Below, in pieces: positions 27,100 to 39,560 of a stretch of DNA of 64,000 bases (positions are counted from its first letter, which is position 1; each line of letters begins with the position of its first letter). The stretch lies in NCBI RefSeq assembly GCF_009914755.1, contig NC_060941.1; one strand, given 5' to 3'. The position numbers and the translations under genes were made by a program. The notes beneath the pieces are model-generated. The model worked only from the letters and a program-made list of their open reading frames with translations, searched no databases and was not told where the DNA came from. The stretch is from the human T2T-CHM13v2.0 reference genome, Homo sapiens.

Positions 27100-27808
27100 G
27101 TCTCAGTCCATTTTGACTACTGTATTAAAATACCTTTGACTGAGAAATTTTAATACCAGAAAGTATTGCTCACAATTCTGGAAGCTGGGAAGTCCAGGGT
27201 CTAGGCACCAGCAGATCTGGTGTCTGGTAAGACCCCGGGTCTCCCAGATGGCTCTTTCTTTTCTGAGTCCTCACTTAGCAGAAAGAAAAAACAAGCTCCC
27301 TCAGCCTTTCTAAAATAAGGGCACTCATCCCATTCATGAGGATGGGGCCCTTATGACCTAATCACCTTCTGTATTAGTCCATTTTCATGCTGCTGACACA
27401 TACCCGAGACTGGGCAATTTACTAAAGAAAGAGCTTTAGTGGGCTTACAGTTCCACATGGCTGAGGAGGCCTCACAATCATGGTGGAAGGTGAAATGCAC
27501 ATCTCACATGGGGGCAGACAAGAGAAGAGAGATGGTGCAGGGAAACTCCCCTTTATAAAACCATCAGATCTTGTGAGACTTATTCACTATCATGAGAACA
27601 GCACAGGAAAGACCTACCCCCATGCAATTACCTCCCACTGGGTCCCTCCCACAACACATGGGAATTCAAGATAAGATTTGGGTGGGGACACAGCCAAGCC
27701 ACATCACCTTTGAAAGGTACCACCTCTTAAAACCAACACCTTAATACTTTGGGGGTTAAGTTTCAACATATGAATGTTGGAGGGACATAAACATTCAGCC
27801 CCATAGCA
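27100..27808 (-). mobile_element. MaLR LTR (MSTD/MLT1A-like) interrupted by THE1
   Basis: TTGCTCACAATTCTGGAAGCTGGGAAGTCC...GGGACATAAACATTCAGCCCCATAGCA. Confidence 0.85.
27370..27706 (-). mobile_element. THE1 solo LTR nested in an older MaLR LTR
   Basis: TGTATTAGTCCATTTTCATGCTGCTGA...GGGGACACAGCCAAGCCACATCA. 5-bp TSD CCTTC/CCTTT. Confidence 0.92.
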
Positions 27809-28962
27809 CCTGATAAACCAGAACAGCCTCATAGAGTCAGCCTCATAGAGTCCATATTGAAATCAGGTCTATTTAATTCCCAATACCCTTTCTCCTTATC
27901 TCCCAATATTATATTGGATAGGCTTATGCCCCAGGACCTTCTTACATTGAATTTAATTGAATTTATTGAATTTTGTTATCTTTTCCCATTAGACTGTATA
28001 TAGAAGCTCCTTGGAAATATCAGAAAATTAAAGTGTTTATTTTAACACAAATGCATGGAAACAGTTTAATATGAAATCAGTCCTTAGAACCCTGAAAATT
28101 ATAACTTTGTAAGTATGGTATTATGTACTAAAGAACAGTGAGTCCAACCCTATAGCTATGAGAACTGCCACATCTAAGGGAACTGAGCTATTGCCTTTAC
28201 ATTTCCAACATTTAATTGAAGCCTTTTTAGAAAGAACAAGATGTCCTGTGAGCTTTGCCTGAGCCTGCTCTAGGATTCCACATAAATGAGTACAGCAACT
28301 CTACATGATAAAAGACATCCTAATATACCTCGTCACAGTTGAATCTCAATGTCACTGTCAAAGGGACGTTAGGGATAGAAAGTTTTTCTTGGGCAAAGGA
28401 TTTAGACCTTTTATTGCTTTCCTAAAGCTGAAGAGCAGAGGGGGAAATCAGGGAATTATTTAAAACAACTTGTGTTTGCATATTAGCTCCCCATGTTTCT
28501 TAAGATTTTTAAAAAAATTTTAATTAATTTTTAATGACAGATGCAACACTATGCCTTTCCTGGAAGAATAAATTTAAAAAAATGGAAACAATTGTATTTG
28601 GAATTCTGCACCATTTCCTAGCTTTGATGATAAGGAATAATCTGCTAAGGACACTGAGTACCTACAGCAGTTCTCTACACTTTTTATAAGCACAGTATAA
28701 CTGCAAAACGTCCAGTTTGCTTACTTAGAAACGTTTAAATGTTCACTTTCTTAAGAATAATCACAGTGAGTTCAGAACTAATAGCTTATTGACCATCACA
28801 ACAAGTTTGCTCAGGGTGGATTTTGTTACCTCCTTTTACAGGAGAAGAAATTAAAGTTCAGGTTAAATGACTTGCCTTCACAATCCCAGCCCCTCAACCA
28901 AAAAAATAAAAGAAATTAAATGAATTGCCTCACATTCCTAGCTCCCTATCCAAAAAATAAAA

Positions 28963-29042
28963 GGAGGGAAGTGGAGGGGAGGGGAGAGGAGGGGAGAGGT
29001 AAGGGAAAGAAGTGGGGAGTGGGAAGTGGGGGAGGGGAGGGG
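28963..29042 (+). repeat. G-rich polypurine low-complexity tract
   Basis: Multiple GGG/GGGG runs separated by short A-rich linkers. Confidence 0.9.
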
Positions 29043-29966
29043 ATCCATTGAGAAGGCAAAATTTTCAGCTCAGCCTTGAGAATTTTTGGACTTTATTCTT
29101 TCCAAAGTATTGTTCTGTGATTTTTTTTGAAAAAAATTATAAATAAATGATAAACCTTAGTAAATAAAGATTTCTGAGGGCCATTGAACAGAAGTGCCCT
29201 ATTTTCTATATGGTAGCTATGCTTATACAAAATCTGTCTTTATGGCAATGTTGAAAGTACCACTGTCATTCTAATAGCAAAGTACCACAACTTAGCCTAC
29301 TTACAAGTGAAGCAGTTAAGAAATGTGCTTCCTTGCTAAGTCAAATCTTTTATGAAAGGTAATAGAAGTAACACCAAATAGCATGACAGCCTTGGTAACT
29401 GGCAGCATGGAGGATGGGAGAATTTTAATTTACACTCTAGAATTTTCAAATCTGAATCTTTTGGAAGAGAACAAGAGTGAAATTATTGCCCCCCCCCCCA
29501 CAAATTTGCATCTTTCATGGCTGCATATATACATTTCTAAATTGTTTTTTAAAGGGCTTTACCAATTTACACTGTTCCTTAAATGTATAAGCTAATTTTA
29601 CTAAATTTACACCAGCCTGATGTTTATAACGCCATTTAGGGGATAAGTGATATTCCACCTATTCATACCTGATGCAGTTTCCAGAAAAGTAATTTTTATT
29701 TGAGCAGGTCTTGTACATCTTTTTGATACTTATAAAGTATGCTCTGAATGCCTGCCTAGTCATTCTCTTTTGGAAGGAAGTGTTCAAAATAGGGTTGGAC
29801 ATAGCTGGGATTTAAATGTTTCTTAATGTTAGTTTCTGATAGCTTTGTAGAATTTTTTTTTCAAATATATATACATATATACACATAATAATATTTGTTT
29901 TTAGTATTGATTTTATACTACTATTATGCTGTTTGGAGAATGAATTATATATGGTAGGGAAGATAC

Positions 29967-30260
29967 TTTTTTTTTTTTTTCAGAGGGAGTCTTGCTTTGT
30001 TGACCAGGCTGGAGTGCAGTGGCTGAATCTCGGCTCACTGCAACCTCTGCCTCCCACGTTCAAGCAATTCTCCTGCCTCAGCCTCCTGAGGAGCTGAGAT
30101 TACAGGCGTCTGCCACCATGCCCAGCTAATTTTTGTATTTTTAGTAGAGACGGGGTTTCACCATGTTGGCCAGGCTGGTCTCAAACTCCTGACCTCAGGT
30201 ATCCACCCGCCTAGGCCTCCCAAAGTGCTGGGATTACAGCATGAGCCATAGTTCCTGGCT
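29967..30260 (-). mobile_element. AluS SINE
   Basis: Full antisense Alu. TSD GGAAGATA. Confidence 0.97.
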
Positions 30261-30689
30261 GGAAGATAAAATTTTGACATCTTTCATAAATTGCAAACTG
30301 AGTCAGAACAGCCATGGTTGTGGTTATTTTTTTTTTAATAATTTATGGAAGTTTTTTTAATTTTATTTTTATTTTTTATTTTTTGTTTTAGGTTTAAGCT
30401 AGTGTTTCTGTGTAAAATATTCTAGAATGTGAAGATTTACAAAGCAAACTTGTTTCAAGTTCCTAACAGCCAAACTACCATAACCTGGATTCCTAGGTTT
30501 TTGGGGGTAGGAAACATGACATTCCTATGATAATATGTTACTTTTATACAATCCTTTATACAAGGATTGAGGGTAGGGTATTTCTATAATTCTTTCTGAT
30601 TTAAAGAAAAGTAGAAACATGGCAAAATTTGAAAGTTTTTAGAATTCATTAAAATTTCTTAACCTCTGTTTTTTAATGGCCACCCAGAA

Positions 30690-31535
30690 CAGTGACAACA
30701 TCAAATGTTAGTGAGGGTTTGGTGTAACAGGAACTCTCATTTGTTGCTGGTGAGAAGGCAAAATGGTACAGCCACTTTCGAAGACAGTTTGGCAGTTTCC
30801 TACAACACTAAACATATGCTTACTGTATAATCCAATAATCATGCTTCTTGGTATTTACCCAAAGGAGCTGAAAACCTGTGTCTACATATCAACCTGGTGC
30901 TTATAACAGCTTTATTCATAATTGCCAACATTTAGAAGCAACCAAGATATCCTTTAGTAGCTGAATGAATAAATAAACTGTAGTACATACAGGCAATGGA
31001 ATATTATTCAGTGCTGAAATAAATGAGCTGTCAAGCCATGAAAAGACATGGAGAAAGCTAAAATGTATACTACTAAGTGAAAGAAACCAATCTGAAAAAG
31101 CAATATATTGTGTGATCCTGACTATACGATATTCTGCAAAAGACAAAACTGTAGAGTCCATAAAAAGATCAGTGGTTTCCAGGGGAAGTGGAAGGAGGGA
31201 TGAATAGGTGAAGCACCAAGGATTTTTTGAGGCAGTGAAACTCTTCTGTATTATACTATAAATTGTTGATACACATCATTGTATATTTGTCAAAACCCAC
31301 AGAATGCACAGCACCAAGGGTAACCCTAACGTAAACTATGGACTTTGAGTGATAATCCTGCATTGGTGTAGATTGATCAGTTGTAACAAATGTACCATTG
31401 TGATGCAGGATGTTGATAGTGATGGAAGTTTTGTGTGTGTGAAGGCAGGGATATATGGGAAATCTCTGTACCTTCTGCTCATTTTTTTCTGTGAACTTAA
31501 AACAACTCTAGAAAATAAAGTCTATTTAAAAGGGA
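30690..31535 (+). mobile_element. L1MC-type 3' end
   Basis: GGAACTCTCATTTGTTGCTGG...GTACAGCCACTTT...AACCCTAACGTAAACTATGGACTTTGAGTG...AAAATAAAGTCTATTTAAAA. Confidence 0.9.
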
Positions 31536-31569
31536 AAAAAAGTCTTCACAACATGCTCATAATAAATAG

Positions 31570-31911
<342 letters not shown>

Positions 31912-33432
31912 CTCTGTCAACCTGTCTTGAGAAGTAATGACCAGATTCTCCAAGTCCAAGTGGTTAAATAGATTTTTCCTTGCACATTGTCCTTAAGTCA
32001 TTGAAAAAACACCTTTTTATTACCTCAGTTTCTATCACACTATGATGAAGGAATAAAGTACTAGCTTTGAGAATTCAAGAACTTTATAAATTATTAATTA
32101 TTCAAAATTATTAAGCAACAGAGTTACAATAATAGCATTCCTTTTCATAGAAGCTGGCAATGAGTAGATGCGTTATGGAGTGTTTATTCTGGTTATTGCC
32201 TATGCATTTCTCTAACACAAACGCATCAACATCTGCCTTCTCTTCACTTGCATTCTAATACAGAGATGGCAAATGAAACAGAGTTGATAGTTACAGGACA
32301 TTGAAAATTTAAATGTATTTTAAAATATTGTGGAAAAAGGAATTTTAATTCTCACCAATGGGTTTTATTTTAAAACCTGTACCTTTTGTAGAACTCAGAT
32401 TTTTGCCTTTGCTACTTGCTTATATCTAGCTCTAGTCATCTCCAAAATTAGCATCTCTGGGTAAATTCAAATAGTTAAAAAAAAAAAAAAACTCCTGTGG
32501 CCAAAATTTACATGGTGAGATAAAATGAAGTGAAGAATTAGAGCAGCCATTTGTATACTATGTTTAGAAAAAATAAATATTCTCCAGGAGAAAAAAATAT
32601 GGTGACTTAAGTTGCCTCATTTTAAGGATGGCATTCGTTACAAGATCTGGAGATCTTATCTTTATTGAAATGGAGTTTTCTATCCTACATGTGGAAAGTA
32701 TAGTGATGGTTATTCCTGTAATGGTGACTTAGAGGCATTCTAACAATTGAGGGATTGTATGAATTATGTGAATGTAAAATAAACTATGATTTTAAGACTG
32801 AAGTATTATTGCATTTTTTCAAATTATGAAGAGTTTTAATATAAGAGATTAGAGGCTTAAACAACTAGTGAAGGGGTAGACAAATGAAGCCTAAAGAAAC
32901 TATTATCCAAAGTCTTAGCTTCAGCATCAAAGTAAGTGATTCTCAATAGCTTAACATAAAATTTCTGCAAATCTCAAGAACTCCTGGGTATCTCCTAATG
33001 TACTTTTATCAGTCTGAGGCTCCAATGTGGATGATTATCAAAAGTTCACTTGGAAACCGCTTCAAACATTCTGTCTAGTCCCGTATCCGCCTGCCTCTTA
33101 TTCTTTCCAGACTTCCCAACTGGACTTCAACCTCTGCCTTTCATAAACTCTAGCTCTATTTCAGGAACCATATGCATAAGCAAATTCTGGAAAATGTAGC
33201 TCCCAGTTCCTCCTCTGCATTGAAGAGGAAACGTTAGGAAAAGCTGGTGGTAATGTCCAGTGGAAACAGATAAACAGATGTACCATGATCTTACCTCTTC
33301 AATAGCTATTTCTTTGACATTGAGTGTTTTGATCCAATAATATATCTGCCTACATATTTTGCAAATAGTTGTAAGCCTGGTATACGTGCCTGAATTATTT
33401 TACAGATGCCTATAAAAATGTAAAGTTTACAT

Positions 33433-33665
33433 TAAAAGAGAGAGAGAAAGAAAGAAAGAAAAGAAAGAAGGAAAGAAGAAGGAAGGAAGGGAAAAGAAAG
33501 GAAGAAACAAAAAGAAAAGAAAAGGAAAGAAGGAAGAAAGAAAGAAAAGGAAGGAAGGGAGGGATGGAGGAAAGGAAGGAGGGAGGGAGGAAGGAAGGAA
33601 AGGAAGGGAAGGAAGGAAGGGAGGGAGGGACAGAGGGATGGAGGGAGGGAAGAAGAAAAGAAGGG
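33433..33665. repeat. ~230-bp GA-rich polypurine tract ((GAAA)n/(GGAA)n/(GGGA)n)
   Basis: Almost pure A/G on the plus strand. Confidence 0.97.
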
Positions 33666-34089
33666 TTAACTGAGCTTCTTGGGTTGGCAGATTATTGACT
33701 TTCCTTACATTTTGGGAATTTGGGGCCATTATTTCTTCAAATACTTCCCTGCTTTCACCCTCTTCTTTTGTTATGGGACTCCTATTACACATATGTATGC
33801 CTAATAATGTTCCACAGATCTCTGAGATTCTGTTTATTTTTCCTGGTTTTTCTTCTGTTTTATTTTCAGATAGTTTATACTGATCTGTCTTCAGAATGAT
33901 TGGTTCTTTTTTTCCTGACCACATGAATCATTAATGGAGCCTCTTTTGAATTTTTCCTTTTACTTTTCACATCAAAATTTCCATTTGCTTTTTGTAATTG
34001 TTATCTCTTTCATAAGAGCTTCTATTCATTGAGTCATTATCATTAGACTTGCCTTTAATTCTTTAAACATGCTTTTTAGAGTTACTTTA

Positions 34090-35141
34090 TTTATTTTTAT
34101 TTTGTTTTATTTTATTTTAAGTTCCAGGATACATGTGCAGGATGTGCAGGTTTGTGACACAGGTAAATGTGTGCCATGATGGTTTGCTGCACCTGTCAAC
34201 CCATCATCACCTAGGTATTAAGCCCACCTAGGTATTAGCTATTTTTCCTGGCACCCTCCCTACCCCTCTCCCCACCCACTGACAGGCCCCGGTGTGCATT
34301 GCTCCCCTCCTTGTGTCCATGCGTTCTCATTATTCAGCTCCCACTTTTAAGTGAGAACATGTGGTGTTTGCTTTTCTGTTCCTGCAATAGTTTGCTGAGG
34401 ATAATGGCTTCCAGCTCCATCGATGTCCCTGCAAAGGACATGACTTCATTCCTTTTATGGCTGCATAGTATTCCATGGTGTATATGTACCACATTTTCTT
34501 TATCCAGTCTTCATCGATGGATATTTGGGTTGATTCCATGTCTTTGCTATTGTAAATGGTGCTGCAATCAAATACACGTGCATGTTCATTTATAGTAGAA
34601 TGATTTATATTCCTTTGGGTGAGTAGCCAGTAATGGAATTGCTGGGTCAAATAGTGTTTCTGGTTTTAGGTCTTTCAGAAATCACCACACTGTCTTCCAC
34701 AATGGTTGAACTGATTTATATTCCCTCCAAAAGTGTAAAGGTGTTCCTGTTTCCACAGCCTCACCAGCATCTGTTGTTTCTTGATGTTTTAATAATTGCC
34801 ATTCTGACTGGTGTGAGATGGTATCTCACTGTGCTTTTGATTTGCATTTCTCTAGTGATCAGTGATACTGAGCTTTTTTCATGTTTTTTGGCCACATAAA
34901 TGTCTTCTTTTCTATACACCAACAGTAGACAAGCAGAAAGCCAAATCATGAATGAATTCCCACTCACAATTGCTACAAAGAGAATAAAATACCTAGGAAT
35001 AGAGCTAACAAGAGAAATAAAAGACCTCTTCAAGGAGAACTACAAACCACTGCTCAAGGAAATCAGAGAGGACACAAATAAATGGAAATACATTCCATGC
35101 TCATGGATAGGAAAAATCAATATCATGAAAATAGCCATACT
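34090..35141 (-). mobile_element. L1PA with 5' inversion: 34090-34911 antisense 3' end, 34909-35141 sense ORF2 segment
   Basis: The antisense 3' UTR/ORF2 end switches at TTT to the sense ORF2 translation [31 protein letters not shown]. Degenerate TSD TAGAGTTACTTT/TAAAGTTATTTT. Confidence 0.93.
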
Positions 35142-35962
35142 ATAAAGTTATTTTAACATATGTTTAACATAGGTCCTTTGAAGTCTTTGCTAAATCCAAA
35201 ATCAGTGGGTTGGTGGTGGTGGGGTGTTCAGTCACACATTTTCCATTGATTGCTTTGTTTTTTCCTGAGTATGAGTCACACTTTCTTCTTCACATAATTT
35301 TAATTGAGGATTATATTTTTAGATAATATAGCAGTATAATATTGCTTTTTGATTCTTTTAATATTTGCTATTGATTTTTACTTTTTTCCTTCATTAGTGT
35401 TTTTTTGGCTTTTATTTGTTTCTCATTTTTAAATCGGAGAGGTCTGTCTCTGCCAAAATGTATGGCTGCTGTTTCTACTGGAATTTTTTTCTGATGTTAT
35501 TATTTTGTCTGGTTTTTATGTTTAAGCCTTTTTTCCTGGGGTGGCCCGGTGTCTGCACAGTTTACTGTTCTGCTGAAGATTAGTTAGAGGTTACATTCAA
35601 ACAGCTAAAGCCAGGAAAGCTTTCCACTGCCTGCTGATGACTCTGTATGGGCTGGAGAGCACGTTCAAACATCAGGCTGTTTTAAGAAGTCTGCCCATTT
35701 TACTTTCCATCGAGCTCACTTGTGTGTCTCCTGAGCATGTGCACTGGCTTCATAAGCCAGAGATATGTGAGTTGCTTGGGTTCACTCTAGCCTCTACTGC
35801 ACACGCACACAACTTCTGGTTAAAGCTGGTTATGCAGAACATTTACCAATCCCATTAAGTCTGCCTTACTTACTGGAGCTCCTTGTTTAATGTCTAGCTA
35901 TTCAAATTTAAGCTAGCAGAGCTACTGGCTCTCCCTTTTCACTTGCCACCAAGATAACCACT

Positions 35963-36500
35963 CACATTAGTCAGGGTTCTCAGAGAAACAGAACCAATAG
36001 GAGATAGCTAGATGGATAGACACACAGACAGAGAGAATTCATTGTGGGGATTGGTTCACACAATTATGCAGGCCAAGAAGTCCCATGATATGCCATTTGC
36101 AGGCCAAAGAAAGAGGAAATCTGGTGGAGTTGTAATTCAGTCCAAGTCCAAAGACTTTAAAAATGGGGACTGGGGGAAGCACTGGTGTAAGCCAGAGTCC
36201 AAAGGCCCAAGGACCGGATGGTTCAATGTCCAAGGAAAGAAGAAATGGATTTCTCAGCTCAAGAGGAGAGAGAGAAAGAGGATTTGTCCTTATTCTGCAT
36301 TTTTGTTCTATTTGGGCCCTCAGTAGATTAGATGCTGCCCATCAGTATTGGTGACAACAGATCTTCTGTACTCAATTTACTGACTCAAATGCTGATCTCT
36401 TCTAGAAACACGCACACAGAGATACTTAGATGTAACATTTTTCCAGCCATCTGAGCATTCTTTAGCCCCATCAAATTAACACATAAAATTAACCATTATA
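35963..36500 (-). mobile_element. MLT2 (ERVL) LTR
   Basis: ATTAGTCAGGGTTCTCAGAGAAACAGAACCAATAGGAGA...ACACATAAAATTAACCAT. Confidence 0.9.
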
Positions 36501-36535
36501 GTATGTACACATATATGTGTGTATGTATGTGTGTA

Positions 36536-38118
36536 CAATTATGCATCATTTAACAACAGGGACACACTCTGAGAAACGTGTTGTTTAGGTGATTCCCTTG
36601 TTGTGCAAACATCATAGAGCGTACTCACACAGACCTAGATGGTATAGCCTATTACACATCTAGGCTGTACGGTATAGTCTATGGCTCCTAGGCTACAAAC
36701 CTATGCAGTACGTTACTGTACTGAATACTGCAGACAATTGTAACACAATGGTAAGTGTTTATATATGTAAACATATCAAAACATTAAAAAGGTAAAGTAA
36801 AAATATGGTATAAAAGATGGTACACCTGTATAGGCCACTTAACATAAATGGAGGTTACAAAACTGGAAGTTGTTTTGTGTGAGTCAGTGAGTAGGTGGTG
36901 AGTGAATGCGAAGGCCTACAATATTGCTATACAGTACTGTAGACATTACAAACATTGTACACTTAGGCAACACTAAATTAAGAGTATTTTTCTTCCTCAA
37001 TAATAAATTAGCCACTTGTAATAGTCTGTTTTCATGCTGCTGATAAAGACATACCGAGACTGGGCAATTTACAAGAGAAAGAGGTTTAATTAGACTTCCA
37101 ATTCCACATGGCTGCAGAGGCCTCACAATCATGGTGGAAGGCAAGGAGGAGCAAGTCACATCTTACATGGATGGTGGCAGGCAAAATAGGAGCTTGTGAA
37201 GAGAAACTCCCATTTTTAAAACCATCAGATTTCATGAGACCCATTCACCATCATGAGAACAGCATGGGAAAGACCTGCCCCCATGATTCAATCACCTTTC
37301 ACTGGATCCCTCCCACACCACGTGGGAATTATGGAAGCTACAAGATGAGATTTGGGTGGGGACACAGAGCCAAGCCATATCACTACTGCAACTTATTTTT
37401 ACTTTATCAATGTTTTAATTTTTAAAGCTTTTTCACTCTTTTGTAATAACGCTTAGCTTAAAACACAAACACATGGTCAGCTGTACAAAAATATTTTCTT
37501 TCCATATATTGTTATTCTACAAGATTTTGTGTACTATGAACTTTTTTTATTTTTTTTTACTTCTCAAAGTTTTTTGTTTAAAACTAAGATACAAATACAC
37601 ACATTAGCCTAAGTCTACACAGTGTCAGAATCATCAATATCACTGTCTTTCACTGTCACATCTTGTGCCACTGGAAGATCTTTTGGAACAATAACGTGCA
37701 TGGAGCTGTCATCTCCTATAATAACAATGCCTTCTTCTGGAACATCCCCCGAAGGATCTCCCTGAGGCTGTTTTACAGTTAACTTTTTTTTCTAATAAGT
37801 AGAGGGAGTATACTCTAAAATAATGATTGAAAGTTTAATATAGTAAATACATAAACCAGTAACATAGTTGTTTATGATCATTATCAAGTATTATGTACTG
37901 TAGATAGTTGTATGTGCTGTACTATTTAGGATTGTCAGCACAGTGGGTTTGTTTATACCAGCATCACCAAAAACATGAGTAATGTGTAACTCTGTGATGT
38001 TATGATAGCTACAGTCACTAGGCAATAGGAATTATTCAGCTCCATTATAATCTTATGAGACCACCATAGTATATGCAGTTTGTTGTTAGCCAAAACATCA
38101 TTATGCAGTGCATGACTA
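36536..38118 (-). mobile_element. Tigger3 (Tigger3b-like) DNA transposon interrupted by THE1
   Basis: Termini CAATTATGCATCATTTAACAAC and CATCATTATGCAGTGCATGACT. Internal CCTAGATGGTATAGCCTA...CCTAGGCTACAAACC. Confidence 0.9.
37017..37382 (-). mobile_element. THE1 solo LTR nested in Tigger3
   Basis: TGTAATAGTCTGTTTTCATGCTGCTGATAAAGACATACC...GCCAAGCCATATCA. TSD CCACT/CTACT. Confidence 0.93.
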
Positions 38119-38291
38119 AATGTATATCTCACACATACCACACCTACACACCTGCACATATATATAAATATACATATATATCACAGTATATATATGTGTG
38201 TGTGTGTGTGAGATATATATGTACCACAGTATATACATGTGACATATATATAGATATACATTTTATATATATAGTGGTCCTTGAATACATA

Positions 38292-38425
38292 TAGCAGATT
38301 CTCAAAGAACTTCATTTTTTCAATGTTTTTTAGTTATAATGTAAATGAGAAACTGGTGTTGTCATATTGTTTCACTTAAAGTAGCAGTTTCCAAGAACCT
38401 GTCAACATTAAGTGAGGACTTACTC
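38292..38425 (+). mobile_element. Short MER6-like Tigger MITE
   Basis: TAGCAGATTCTCAAAGAAC...CTTAAAGTAGCAGTTTCCAAGAACC...TTAAGTGAGGACTTACT, inside a TA-rich microsatellite. Confidence 0.75.
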
Positions 38426-38444
38426 TATATATCTCCACATATCT

Positions 38445-38900
38445 ATCTATCTGTGTATCCATCTGTATATATATGGAGATAGAGAAACAGGGACAGAGAC
38501 AGAAAGGAAGAGAGAGAGCTTTATTGTAAGGAGTGTTTTACCAGACTTCAGAGGCTGAGGAGTTCCAGGATCTGTGTAGTTCCAGTTCATACCCAAAGGC
38601 CTGAGAACAAGGAGCAGCAATGATGTCAATCCCAGTCTGAGGGTAGAAGACTAAAGACTTAGCTGAAGCAATCAGGCAGAAAAGAAATTCTCTCTTTCTC
38701 CACCTTCTGTTGTATTCAAGCCCTCACCAGCTTGGATGATGCCCACTCACATTAAAGAGGACTCTGCTTTACTCAGTCTAATGATTTAAATGCTAATCTC
38801 TTCTGAAAATGTCCTCAAGACACACCAAGAGATAATGTTTAACCAACTATCTGGGCACCCCATGACCCAGTCAACTTCACATGTAATATTAACCATCACA
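38445..38900 (-). mobile_element. Second MLT2 LTR (partial)
   Basis: CCCAAAGGCCTGAGAAC...GGATGATGCCCACTCACATT...TTAACCATCACA. Confidence 0.85.
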
Positions 38901-39369
38901 CACCTTTAATAATTAAGTGCTCTAAATCCTGTGTGCCCTTACTGGCAGAACAGGGACACTGCTGGTTTTCACAGCCTGTCCCTCCCTAGTTGGAATATCA
39001 TGGACAGAGATAGTAGGGGCATGGGAGCAGTCCTGGGCAAGAGCACCACAGGCTCACGCCAGTCTTACCCAAATATAGTAGAACTCAAGCATGAATGCTT
39101 CTTACATTAATATACAGCTTTGCTTGATTTCCAGATTTTTAGCAATCTGAAATGATTGACAGTTTTGTTCAGCTTTATGGTTCACATTTGTTTGAGGAAA
39201 TGATTTGTTAGCTTCCTAATTCCATCATTCTGGTAAGGAAATCTTATTAACTGTGAATTTACCTAGAGTGAATAAAATAACTTCTTTTCAAAATATCACC
39301 ATGTCATTTCAAGCCTGCAAGAAAAGACAGAGAGAGACCAGAAATTTATCTATCATTTCACAAAAAAGT

Positions 39370-39560
39370 ATACTGAAAAGACCTTATACTTTGGACTCAA
39401 GTGAACCTAGGTTTGAATCTTGACATCAACTTTCTGCTATATGAACTCTAGGGGAAAGAAAACCCGCAAGCTCTCTGAGCTTTCTCTGTGAAGTGGATAT
39501 TATAGTTGGTGTTTTGAGGACTAAATGTCTGACATATAGTATATACTTAATGGTTGCTAG
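39370..39560 (+). mobile_element. MIR SINE (another lies at about 40375-40560)
   Basis: ACTTTGGACTCAAGTGAACCTAGGTTTGAATCTTG...CTCTCTGAGC...CTGACATATAGT. Confidence 0.65.

Larger units (their letters stand above)
33666..39240 (-). mobile_element. Old L1M ORF1 and 5' region, host to several nested insertions
   Basis: The minus ORF 33427-33924 (SEICGTLLGIHMCNRSP...EVFEEIMAPNSQN...QEAQLT) is ORF1p-like. Antisense L1M 5' sequence resumes at 35142-35960 and 38900-39240. Confidence 0.7.

Noticed and set aside
27824-27851. Short direct repeats (also at 14211, 34208 and 63291)
   Set aside because: These are ordinary two-copy slippage duplications with no repeat-spacer periodicity, so they are not CRISPR-like.
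32164-32231. GATGCGTT...AACGCATC stem
   Set aside because: Only about 10 bp pair around a large unpaired interior, so it is not miRNA-like.
33427-33924. 165-aa ORF with a hydrophobic tail
   Set aside because: It is a decayed L1 ORF1 running into the polypyrimidine strand of the GA tract. The apparent transmembrane segment is low-complexity sequence.
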